A stretch of 50,697 nt of DNA. Origin: Carpediemonas membranifera BICM (taxonomy: Eukaryota > Protista > Fornicata). The position numbers and the translations under genes were made by a program. Of the stretch, positions 1-10,159 are shown in pieces (position 1 is the stretch's first letter; the number at the start of each line of letters is the position of its first letter). The notes beneath the pieces are model-generated. The model saw nothing but the letters and a program-made list of their open reading frames with translations, did no database searches and had not been told where the DNA came from. Location of the stretch: assembly GCA_019828565.1 (NCBI GenBank), contig JAHDYR010000059.1, positions 1 through 50,697 of the forward strand, in the 5' to 3' direction.

Positions 1-629
1 CACGATTGTGGGTCGACCTTCGAATCCTGTGTACTCAAGGAGAAGGCGATCCTCTCCCTCGAAGTATCCAAGGACGCCGGAGAGCTCGTACCTGCGACCG
101 GGCTCGGAGTACTCAAGAAGGGTCAGCGTGTCGATACTGACGTCGACTCCTTCGCAGAGTCCAAGGTTCCCAGGCGGGCCGAGCTGGATCGAGGCGATGG
201 CGGCCTCGAGGTGATCTGCAGCAGAAAGGCCTGAGTCAGCGGAGTTGGACCATCCCTCCTCGAGAGCTTCACGGTAGCTCCGGAGGAATGCGCGTGAGTC
301 ACACGCGCGAAGACCATGTGCCTCGGCACCCACAAGGAGCCGGAACAGGCTCGGGTGAGCGCCGTGGCAGACTGCCCGCCAGACGATATCAACGTTGGAG
401 CCGGGGACGCCGTACCCGTTGGGGCAGCGTGCTGTCGGCCACAGGTGGGGCGTGTCCAGATAGACCGCCAAGAACCGACGCACAATGGCTGAGTCGCTGT
501 CTGTCGAGACGTTCTTCATCCGTGCCCAAGCGGCTAAGTGGTTGACCACGCGAGAGATACGCAAGATTGCCTCGTGGGTGCGAACGTCGGGAACAAAGGT
601 GTAGAGATTGCCCTGGTTAAGTACCTTGA
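1..629 (-). CDS. Open reading frame of unknown function running off the left edge (partial)
   Basis: Manual translation gives a stop-free minus frame (KVLNQGNLYTFVPDVRTHEAILR...RMKNV...LEYTGFEGRPTIV) to position 1. No family recognised. Confidence 0.35.
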
Positions 630-845
630 TTCACGCTCCAGCTGACTGACACCTCAGCCACCTATGGTGTGGTGGACGTTCTAGAACATTTCGAACTCTA
701 TTCGAGTAACCATCTGCGGGAGTCATTCGTCCTACTCATCCAGTTCGCTGGCTACCCGTTGCCGTCGCTGACCTTCCTGACAAAGGATCTTTGTAACACC
801 GTACCTGTTACCCTCTATTTCAACGATCATAATTTGTGGCGTTGA
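630..845 (+). pseudogene. Orphan fragment resembling the C-terminal chromodomain of a chromovirus integrase
   Basis: Translates to LQLTDTSATYGVVDVLEH...FVLLIQFAGYPLPSLTFLTKDLCNTVPVTLYF..*, which parallels the chromodomain tails of the three LTR elements here (e.g. ASDEQTYVVQGIEKH...LLVCWEGDY). Confidence 0.4.
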
Positions 846-849
846 GTTG

Positions 850-2169
850 AGTTGTTGACAAGGCTGCCCTGACCCTCAAGGCCATCGCCGACTTCAGCGA
901 GGATGTCGGTGCGGAGGGTGTTGGCCCGGCCCTGTCGATGATCAAGTTCTGTGTCCTCCCCAAGATTGCACACTTGATGCGTAATGTCGATCCCACCCCC
1001 GAGGTGCTCACTCCCGCAGAGACCTTCTGCCAGTCCACCCTATCCGACGTCGTTGGGAAGGTGCTTGGCCGCACCCTGTCGCCAGACATCAGTCAGGCCT
1101 TGGGGCTGCCGGCAAAGCATGGTGGCCTGGCTTCGCGATGCCCACTATCGTCTGGCCGTGTGCCAGGATTGGTGCCCTGCGCCAACTTGCACGGTACGGG
1201 GAGAAGCATGGCCTTCCTGCCACCCTTTCCACGATCAGCGAAGGTTTCCAGCACCTCACAACTGGTTGGCCAGTCACCGAAGCCCAGCTGCTGGCCCTGC
1301 CTGAGAAGACACAGGCACACTTGGTTGACAAGATAACTACCAACATGACCAAGGAAGCTCGTGTCGACACAGCGCAGCCCAGTGTGCTAAGCCGCGCGCT
1401 GACTGCCGACCCCCTTCGCAGTCACGATCACACAACGAGCCTTACAGGTGTCCCGCTGCAGGCGGCCCTCAGAAAGCACCTCGGGCTTGCTGCCTTCGTG
1501 TCCGCGACTAAGTTCTGTCCAATCTGTGCCCTGAAGTCAGTAACCAATGCGGCATCAGGCCAGTTGAACGTCGGAGCTGACCCCCGCCACGTGTTGGCCA
1601 CCCCAGAGCATATGGTGACATGCAAATGCCTTCACGGAGGAGCCAAGACCACCGCCAGGCACGACACGATCGTCGAGAGTCTCTTCTCGGAGCTCTCAAA
1701 CAACGGTGTCCCTGCCAGGAAGGAGTTCTGGCCCCGCCACTCCTCCCGTTACACGAAAGACCCCGACACAACGCACAGAGACGCCCGAGTTGACGTCTTC
1801 GCGTTCAACGACCGCGGCACGAACCCTACGGCCATCGATGTTGTGGTCTCGAACGAGTACCACGACACGGCTCGGAAGAAGCGTGAGCGGTACGCCCCGT
1901 GGAATGTTGATGTGATCCCGGCCGTAGTGTCCCTCGATGGGCGCTGCGGTAGGCGCTCAGAGATGGGCGGCCACGTGGTGACGGCAAACGGTTGGATGAA
2001 GGAGTTCACCGCTTTGATGAGCGGCAAGAACGCAACACGTGTTCATGAACGTGTTTTCGCAGCGCTTTGGAGAGGAAACTGCCTCGTTACCCGTGATTGG
2101 ACTGAAGAAGCACGGCACGCGGTCGCTGTGCTTGCATCGCATGGCTACAACGCCTTTTGCGATGACTAA
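850..2169 (+). mobile_element. 5'-truncated CRE/SLACS-like non-LTR retrotransposon: RT C-terminus, zinc finger and restriction-like endonuclease; frameshift near 1138
   Basis: VGPALSMIKFCVLPKIAHLMRNVDPT is homologous to VGPALAMVKYCVLPKLSHVMRNIDPT in the 38328 RT. Also G(G)LA, CPIC...H..TC zinc knuckle, and ARHDTI, E, RVDV, IDV RLE motifs. Confidence 0.85.
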
Positions 2170-2466
2170 TTGATATTGATTTCTTTTTCAGCGCTACTTT
2201 CCGTATTCGTTGCTTTCTCAGCGAAATTCCCGCATTCGGTGTCGAAGTGCCGAAAATCTGCAACGCGCACTTTTAGGCCCAACGCCTCGTATCGCCCCCA
2301 CACCACCCCGAGCGTGCCCACGAGCGACCACGACGTCGAAGCTGACTACAGGCAGCTCGTGTCACCTCGGCGTGACGGCCGTAATACTTACACAGCTCAA
2401 AATATATGATACGATCCTGATCCGGTCCCGGCAAGTCGTGTAATCAAATCAGGATGGCCAGTTCGA

Positions 2467-2858
2467 ATGGGCGACGAGACTTCGGACGCGGGGCGCCCGA
2501 CGCAACCAGGAACAACACCAGATGATCAACAACAGGATGAGAACCCCCAACAGCAGGACGAGAACACGTTGGCCGCCACTCTCCTCAAGCGAATCGAAGA
2601 ACTATCCCAAGAGCTTGCCATGCAACGCTCTGCCATCGTGGAGATGGCCGATGCTCCCTCTAACAACACTCCAGCGCACCGCGGCCTCTTCCTCGACATG
2701 CCGACATCCAAGGGTCTCTCCAACGAGGCTAAGTTCTTGTACCAACTCATTGACGACCTACCGAGACTTGAAATCGACGACATCGAGCAGCAGCTCTTCA
2801 CCCGGATTCAGTACCTGCTTATCAAGGATAACTACGAGGACGGCACCGCTGAGCGTTT
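2467..2858 (+). pseudogene. DIRS-like element A gag-like ORF1 (coiled-coil), 3' part deleted
   Basis: DMPTSKGLSNEAKFLYQL is homologous to DMPKGHGLADEAKFLREL in ORF1 of element B. It is fused abruptly to RT sequence at ~2857. Confidence 0.75.
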
Positions 2859-4406
2859 CGCATCATTCACGACCTTCGGAACCTCAACCAGATCACAGCA
2901 GACCGCAGATCCTTCCGGCTATACGGCATCAAGCGAGCCGTCTGCCTGCTGGAACAAGACGACTTCATGATGAAGGTCGACCTCGAGGCGGGCTACCACC
3001 AGCTCGGAATCCGTCCATCCGACAGGAAGCTGCTTGGAGTGGTCCTCCCAGACGGCTCAGCCTATCAGTACCGCGTCCTGGGCTTCGGCTGGAGAGCGGC
3101 CCCCTTCATCTTCCAGTCCGTGACCAACCAGGTGGCCCGCATCCTCGCCCTCCGATACAAGATCAAGGTCCTGGTCTACCTCGACGACTTTCTCTTTGCA
3201 CACCAGAGCGCGGATTACCTTCGAGAGATCACGCCCAAGCTGCGGGCGGACCTAGAAGCGCTCGGAATCCTAATCTCCGAGAAGAAATCCTTATTCGAGC
3301 CACGGAACAGAATCGAGTACCTTGGACTCGAGCTGGACACAAGCCGGATGACCCTGCGCCTCCCACAGCAGAAGGCGGACGCCTACAAATCCTTCATTGT
3401 CGACGCGCTCCACGACAGCTCCTCAATATCAGAGACGACATGGACCAAGATCCTAGGTCGGCTACAGTACTTCGCCGCCTCAGCTCATGGAGCCCTCCTC
3501 AGACTCATGCACCTTCAGCAGAACCCACGCGACCACAACCTCCTGAGAGAGTGGCTAGAGCTCCTGTCAAGCCGACCGCGCCGCCCATTTGCAGAGCTTC
3601 GGGCCCTCTGGGGCGCCAACCCCAGGATGGATCTTGTCGTATCAACGGACGCAGCAGAGAACGGCTGGGGTGCGGTACTACACACGGCTACAGAAGGCCC
3701 CCAGACAAGCGCGGGCACCTTCGACACAGACGACCTCAAGCAGTCAATCAACGTCCGAGAATTACAGGCGGTACTACACGGCATCGACCTCGTGCCTCCC
3801 CAGGACAAGCCCCGAGAGCTATCAATATTCTGCGACAACTCATCAACCGTCAGTTGGATCAACAAGGCGGGCTCGGTGCGGGCACCACAAGCCGCCCTCA
3901 GCACACTCCAGGCACTCAAAGAGAAGGCAGAGGAGAAGAACCTCATACTCCGCGCACTGCATACTCCAGGAGTCACAAACATACAAGCAGACAGACTCTC
4001 ACGCGGCTCCACCACACTCCCTCGCTCTCTGGAGTCCGCAGTGGAAAGCGTCACAGCGCACTGGGGGCCAGTCCAGCACGTTACGGCCGACCCAGACGCT
4101 GCGCTTTCAGAGCGAATCCTCTGGGCTCCGACTTCATCACGTATGGGTGGGACAGTTCAGAAGATACTGAATGCGACAGCGGGAGTGACCCAGACTGGCA
4201 GTCCGATGAGCTGGACTTCAGCGACGTTCCTTCTACTCCCAGAGGTGATGTCCCCCGAGCTGCGACTCCTCAAGTCGATGACCAAGTTCAAACTCCCGCT
4301 CTCCGTCCATGTGTCGCAGGACTCGGAGCTGACCTCTCTACTGCACCTAGAGAGAGCAGGCGCCGTCAGGATGACGGCACTGGCCTTCAAGACACCTTCC
4401 AGCTAG
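2859..4406 (+). CDS. DIRS-like element A reverse transcriptase-RNase H (N-terminus deleted, remnant methyltransferase-like tail)
   Basis: RIIHDLR, KVDLEAGYHQ, LGFGW, YLDD; RNase H STDAA, INVRE, FCDN, HTPG..NIQADRLSR. Confidence 0.9.
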   Translation, partial: RIIHDLRNLNQITADRRSFRLYGIKRAVCLLEQDDFMMKVDLEAGYHQLGIRPSDRKLLGVVLPDGSAYQYRVLGFGWRAAPFIFQSVTNQVARILALRYKIKVLVYLDDFLFAHQSADYLREITPKLRADLEALGILISEKKSLFEPRNRIEYLGLELDTSRMTLRLPQQKADAYKSFIVDALHDSSSISETTWTKILGRLQYFAASAHGALLRLMHLQQNPRDHNLLREWLELLSSRPRRPFAELRALWGANPRMDLVVSTDAAENGWGAVLHTATEGPQTSAGTFDTDDLKQSINVRELQAVLHGIDLVPPQDKPRELSIFCDNSSTVSWINKAGSVRAPQAALSTLQALKEKAEEKNLILRALHTPGVTNIQADRLSRGSTTLPRSLESAVESVTAHWGPVQHVTADPDAALSERILWAPTSSRMGGTVQKILNATAGVTQTGSPMSWTSATFLLLPEVMSPELRLLKSMTKFKLPLSVHVSQDSELTSLLHLERAGAVRMTALAFKTPSS

Positions 4407-4407
4407 C
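4393..4407 (+). repeat. Left copy of 15-bp TSD CACCTTCCAGCTAGC (right copy 32452-32466)
   Basis: Exact 15-bp direct repeat flanking the LINE. Removing the insert restores the DIRS frame LQDTFQLA|LSSNALAH into the tyrosine recombinase. Confidence 0.92.
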
Positions 4408-4432
4408 AAGAAAGAAGAAGAAAGAATTTAAT
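4408..4432 (-). repeat. LINE 3' tail: ATTAAA followed by (TTC/TTTC)n
   Basis: Plus strand AAGAAAGAAGAAGAAAGAATTTAAT directly abuts the TSD. Confidence 0.75.
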
Positions 4433-5039
4433 GTGTCCTGCTACTCGTCCTGCTGTGTAAGCTGAATGTCACAGTTTGTGTCACCCCTTCGAGGAACGCC
4501 TAAGCGTGTTGGTACCTCTACAGAGCACACCTAACACTTCCTAAGAGGGCGTGAACAACGGCCGTCAAGGCCTAGCTGGTACGCTAGAGGGATCCTATAC
4601 ATGGCCACATTAATACCCCCAAAGTTAGGCTAACCCAGGTCTTACTCTTAGGGGCCCTTTGGGTCCCAGGTCTGCCTGGCACCTACAAAGCCTTGCCCTG
4701 CACGCTGCTGTCAGGGGACCTTCCGTACGTTTCCCCTCTCCCCCGGGTCCCCTAGGGAGGTCCTGGGGTTTCCTCGACCCGCTCGCCATGTTTCAGGCAC
4801 CCGCCAGGGCGGGGTCGGGTCTAGAGTTCGCCGTACCAGCTGGGCCGGGTTAGGAACCCACCGACGCCGCGTAGGTAGACTTCCACGGACTTGCCGGCTG
4901 CGTTCGGGCTCATCTAGCGCTGTCCGATTTCACTCCAGGTTCCCATTATCGGGGGGAGCTCCCAGGGGCGGTTGCCACGTCTTCCAGTGTTCCTGGCTAG
5001 GCGCCGGGCCACATCAGGATGGCCCTGCCTTCCCGGCAG

Positions 5040-5100
5040 TGTGCCGGGGCGAAGAGATTGGAACATTTACATAAACTGCGGACGTGGATGCCTTATGACA
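5040..5100 (-). repeat. 3' LTR of chromovirus 1 (61 bp)
   Basis: TGTGCCGGGG...CCTTATGACA, identical to 9563-9623; contains the pol stop codon (5093). Confidence 0.95.
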
Positions 5101-8100
5101 TCCTACCCCCCTTAAGCTTGAGCTTGTGGGACTTGAGGTAGTCACGTGCCGCAGTGACGTGGCGGAGCCCGTCAGCGGGTTCCCATGTGGGATCGTAGTC
5201 GCCCTCCCAGCAGACGAGGAGCTGCAGTGTGCCGTTGCGGCGACGGTGCTTCTCGATGCCTTGCACGACGTACGTCTGCTCGTCGGAGGCGGCGAGGTTC
5301 TTCAGGCGGCTGAGCCCCGACTTGGTGTTGAAAGGAAGGACCTGGTCTACGTGAGCCATGAAGGGGGCGCTCTCGAAAAGGTCGACCAGCTGAAGGGTGT
5401 TGTTGTCCTTGATGGCGAGAATCTTGAACGGGCCGGCGAAGCCATGCAGCTTTGGGGTCTTCGTCCGGTTGAGCAGGACGAGGTCGCCTTCCTTGAAGCT
5501 AGTCGGCTGGCGGTCGGCGTTGGCCTTGGCGAGGCGCTTGTCTACAGTCTCGCGCTGCTTCTCGGCCGCCCTAGAGGTCAACTTGGAGAGGTGGGCTCGA
5601 AGTAAAGTGATGTAGGCTGAGGCTGAGGCAAGGGGCGAGTCATTGTCGCTCGGTCGGAGGATTCTAGCGACTGTGGAGCTGGGGTCGAGTTGGTCTCCAT
5701 ACAGCATGGCGTGGGGTGTGACCCCAGTGGCGCTGCAGGTGGTTGTGTTCAGCAGCAGCTGAACTACCGGAAGGAGGTCGCTCCAACGGGAGAACTTGTC
5801 GGAGTGGAGGATCAAACAGCGAAGATGCTTCATGACCTCCGCGTTACGACGCTCTACCAGCCCATTCGACTGAGGGTGGTAGGGGAGGGTGAATTGCTGG
5901 GTGATGTCCGCGCTTTCGAGCAGGGCCTTGACGACGTTGCCGGTGAACTCAGGCCCGTTGTCGGACTTGATGAACAGGGGAGTCCCATGACGGGTAATCA
6001 CCTGGCGCCAGAGGGCCTCTGACGCTGCATCAGCTGTGTTCTCGTCCGTCGCGGCCAACTCAGTGTAGCGAGTAAACATATCGACCATAACTGTGATGTA
6101 TCTGGAGCCGACTGCGTCTGCCGGGATTGGACCAATAGTATCCACTGCGACAGTGTGGAACGGTTTGTACACTGCTGTTGTGCGGAGCTCTGCCTCGGCG
6201 AAGTTGCGTAGGCGAGCTTTCTGGCACTCGTCACATGAGGCGATGAACTCCTCGACATCTGCTGTGCAGCCTGTCCAGGTATAGCCGTCTGCTCTCAGGC
6301 GTTCGATGGTAGCCTTGGCGCCGTGGTGTCCTCTGTGGGCGATCTGTATCAGCTCCTTTCGGAGGGGTCTGCACACGGTTGAAGTAGGGATGACGACGAG
6401 GCCGTCCTTACGGCGAAGACCGTCGCTGTCTACGGTCAGCTTGGAGACGGTAGAGTCGTCTGTCTGGTGTTTGATGAGTGTGTCATGGTAGCGGGAGTCA
6501 GTCGTGATGGCTGCGACAGTGGGCGAGGTCGAGTGACCGCAGCGGCTCAGCGCGTCTGCGACTGCGTTCTGTAGGCCGGGAACGTGCTCGACATCGAACT
6601 TGTAGTCTGCTAATGTCAGTCTCCACCGGTTGATCTTGTCGTTCTCGGATGACTTGGCGATCATGTAAATAAGATTACGGTGGTCGGTCCGTAGGAGGAA
6701 CCTCTTCAGGCGTAGGAGGGGTGACAGGGTCGGGTGTGTAAGGCAAAAAGACAATGGCAAATAGCTCCTGCTCACACGTGGCCCAGCGCGACTGGGTTGA
6801 CGTGAATGTGTGAGAGAAGTAGGCGAGGACCTGTGTCTTGTCGTCCTTTGTCTGCCATAGTACGCCGCCTGCTCCGATGTTGCTAGCGTCTGTCTCGAGC
6901 GTCCAGTCGGCGTCGGCGTCCGGATGTGCGATAAAGAGATCGTCAGTGAACAGGGTCTTCAGGCCGTCGAAAGCGGCGTCGTGCTCCGCTGTCCATTCCC
7001 ACAGACGGTCCTTTTGCAGAAGATCGTTGAGAGGTCTCATGTACTCGTGTCGTGTATGGGGAACGAATGATGCGAGGTACTGGAACTGTCCGAGGACTAC
7101 GCGAAGCTCGTGGACGTTGGTGGGTGCAGGTAGATCGCGTAGGGCTTGGGTCCTGGCTGGGTCGACGTGTACTCCGGCCTGGTCGACCGTAAAGCCGACA
7201 ATCTTGGCGCTGGTGGTGCCGAAGACTCCCTTCTTGGCGCTGAACTGAACGCCTGCAGCGTCCGCGCGTGTGAGCAGGTCGCGGAGAATGCGTAGGAAGG
7301 AGTCATCGTCACGGGCGTAGATGAATATGTCGTCGATGTAGGGGTTGGCGCCCTTGTACAACAGTGGGGCGAGCATGCCTTCGATCTCCCGCTGGAAGTG
7401 AGAAGGCGCGTTGCAAAGGCCGAACGGCATCCTGAGGAATTCCTCGTAGACGCCCGGGGCGGTGAAGGCCGCCTTAGGCACGTCGTCTGGGTGCATGGCC
7501 ACCTGCCAGTAGCCCGACGTCAGGTCTAGCGTCGCAAAGCGTGTGCAGCCCGACGCGAGGTTGAGGAGTTCTCGCATGTTGGGGATCGGGTGCCGGTCGG
7601 GTACTGTCCAAGAGTTGAGGCGGCCGTAGTCGATACAGAGACGGTAGGCGTCGCCCTTTGCGACCAGGACGATGGGGCTTGCGTAAGGCCCCTCAGAGGG
7701 CTGTGTGATCTCGTCCTGGCGCAGGCGCTCGACGTATGGCAACAGCCACTCCAGCTTCTTCGGGTGTAGGTTGCGCGGGCGAAGACGGATCGGAGGGGCG
7801 TTGTCGTAAAGCGGGATGCGCATAGGGGCAAACGAGCACGGCTGTTTGCTTATGACGGGGTCGAATAGGTGATCGAACCGACGGAGGATCGAATGTAGCT
7901 CGTCGGTCTGGGCCTTGGTGGAGAGCTCGTGTATCTCACACGCGTCGGTGTGAAACTCGCTTGAGGAGACGGCCTCGACGGGGGCGTCGAGGTACTTGTG
8001 GAGTGGGAGGCCATCGGTGGCGTCCTCCGGGCGTGAATCTGGAAGAAGTGGGATGTGGAGGCCACTCTCGGAGAGATAACCGAGCGCGCGAAGCACGTCG

Positions 8101-9546
8101 CATCCAATGAGCACACGTTCAGTGGCGCGTGTCATGATGTAGAGGATGAGATCGACGATGACGTTTCCAGATGTGCTGGGCAACGTGATCCGCGCTTGGA
8201 CGTAGTGAGTGATGAGGATGGGCTCATTGGTAACGGACTGAACAGTAAATGGCTTTTCAAGCTCATGTGTGACGAGTTGGAGCGTCTTAACGGAGGTTGT
8301 GGAGATGATCGTGATTGCGGAGCCGCTATCGATCAATATCACCTGTTCTTGGTCATTCACAGCTCCCTTAACTGAGAATGCAGTTGAAGCGGCAACTTCT
8401 TCGATAAAGGCATCATCACAAGCATTGTGTGCGACTTCGACTTCGTGGACTCCTGGACGAGAGTTGATCAGCTTGGATCTGTCCCGGAGCACCATGTTCC
8501 CAGCGCGTCTCTCGTCGGGGCGAGGCTGTGGCTGCTGGGATGACTGTTGCTGCTGCTTCTGAGCAGCTGGTGCCGGCTGTGGCTGAGCCGGTTTGTTGGC
8601 CGCTTGGGGCTGGCGTTGCGGCTGAGGTGCCGGTCTGGCGTCGCGGGCCGCGGCGGGGTGGCCTTTGGTAGCCTGGGGCTGTCCGGGCGTGCTGCCGCGG
8701 TGCGGGCAATCAGCCTTCCAGTGCATGCCTCCACAGGAGCACGCGTATGGAGGAGGGCGCCGGCGCTCGCGGCGGGATCTGGTGTTGGCGTTCTGGCTAT
8801 GTTTCGGGCCAGTGCTGGAGCTCGTGATGGAGCTCGTGCTGGAGGATGTGATGGATATGTCTTGAATCACGCTTCCGAGGACTTCACGGGCGTCAATGGC
8901 GTGCAGTATGAGCTCGCGCGTGTGCACAAATAAGCTATCGATGTCCCGGGCGCCAGAGAGGTCCCACTTTTGCTGAATACGGTTGGCAAGTGAGACCGGG
9001 CGGAGGGCGGCGATAAAAGCTTTGGCGATGATCTTATCGAGTCCGCGGGTGGGGCTGGCTTTTTCTCGGGGTGTCCTGCTCACTCGGCGTGCTGTCTGGC
9101 TTCTGGGTGATGACCTTGCTGAGGGCGGCCTCGTCTTCATCCACCTCGGCGGGCTCGGGCTCTGGCTTGGCGCCGAGCTCGGCGTTGAGAAGGGCATGGG
9201 CGTGGGAGCGCAGCTCCTCGGTCTCAGCCATGAGACGAGATACGGCCTCGATCGTGGACTTGGTTCGGTCCTGCGTGAGGGCCCGGATTTCTTGGATGGT
9301 TTTCTCAAGGGTTCTCGGGAAAGAAAGAGCGGTGATTTCGGCGAGAAGTTCTGCGTCGTTGAGTGCTTCGACGTCGACGTTGCGGACAAATCGGACATGA
9401 CTGACTTGATCCTCGGTGAGGCACTCGTAAGCCGTTATGACGGTTGTGGTAGGAGCATGCTTCTGCGCGAACGTGAGGGCGCGTTTGAACGCGCGAACGG
9501 ACTCTCTAGAGAAGTCCGATAGTGATGGCGGAATCCAATTATTCAT
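5093..9546 (-). CDS. Gag-Pol of chromovirus 1 (two frameshifts, ~9060 and 6745-6749)
   Basis: Zinc knuckle CSCGGMHWKADC; protease IDSGS; RT YRLCIDY, MPFG, YIDD; RNase H TDAS, TDH, ADALSR; integrase H..GH..C..C, VDT, SDNG, VERRN; GPF; chromodomain YVVQGIEKH..LLVCWEG..TWEP. Confidence 0.92.
5101..5113 (-). promoter_or_regulatory. Polypurine tract of chromovirus 1
   Basis: Minus strand AAGGGGGGTAGGA immediately before the 3' LTR. Confidence 0.85.
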
Positions 9547-9562
9547 TTCGGAAAGTGATCAC

Positions 9563-9623
9563 TGTGCCGGGGCGAAGAGATTGGAACATTTACATAAACT
9601 GCGGACGTGGATGCCTTATGACA
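9563..9623 (-). repeat. 5' LTR of chromovirus 1 (61 bp)
   Basis: Identical to 5040-5100; gag ATG (9546) lies only 17 nt downstream. Confidence 0.95.
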
Positions 9624-10159
9624 GCAGGTTACCGACGGAGTGGGTAGCTTCTTGCGTCATCCAGTACCTCCGCCAGTCTGCCATGCATCATCCTCCTGGT
9701 GCGCCCCCACTGTGTGGGGAGGGGGTACCCCCTTGCGCGCCGGAGGGATGCGCCGGACTGCTTGTCCGGACGCTTGCGCCCTACTGGCCCAGCTGTTTTG
9801 CCAGGCCTTCCCTATTTCGTGCTTGTTGTATGCGGTTGTCCCTTAGTGGTCCTTTGCAGCCTTCCCTCCGCCTGGCGCTACCGGAACATGTGGTGTTGTC
9901 CTCATTGGTTCCAGGCCCGCTGCGCTTGGGGTCGGTGCTCGGGCCACCTTTCCAGGCCGCCCTGTGGGTTGGGCCTGTCCCCTCTTGGTGGTGGGGGAGT
10001 TGTTTCAAGTGTGATGCAGGCATCAGAGTGCTCCCCTTGCTGCGTGGGTTGGGTTGGGTGTGCGGCCGGGCGCTACCGGAACATGTGGGGGGAAAACACC
10101 TCCCGCCGGTTCCAGGAATGTTCCGCCCTGTGCCTTGTCTTCACCCAGGGCTTTCCTCC

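Larger units (their letters stand above)
5040..9623 (-). mobile_element. Ty3/gypsy chromovirus 1, full length (4584 bp), 61-bp identical LTRs, TSD GCAG
   Basis: Identical TG..CA repeats at 5040-5100 and 9563-9623; GCAG at 5036-5039 and 9624-9627; gag-PR-RT-RH-IN-chromo order. Confidence 0.95.

Noticed and set aside
2414-2466. Possible tRNA-like or ncRNA (ATCCTGAT..ATCAGGAT, GTTCGA)
   Set aside because: Only an 8-bp stem; no cloverleaf can be built.
9034-9070. Programmed gag-pol frameshift in chromovirus 1
   Set aside because: The shift lies mid-gag, before the zinc knuckle, in short C/A runs; an indel or error is more likely.
9874-10088. 20-bp direct repeat GGCGCTACCGGAACATGTGG as CRISPR or LTR
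   Set aside because: Two copies only, 195 bp apart, no TG..CA or TSD; treated as a local duplication in the LINE 3' region. No CRISPR array seen anywhere.
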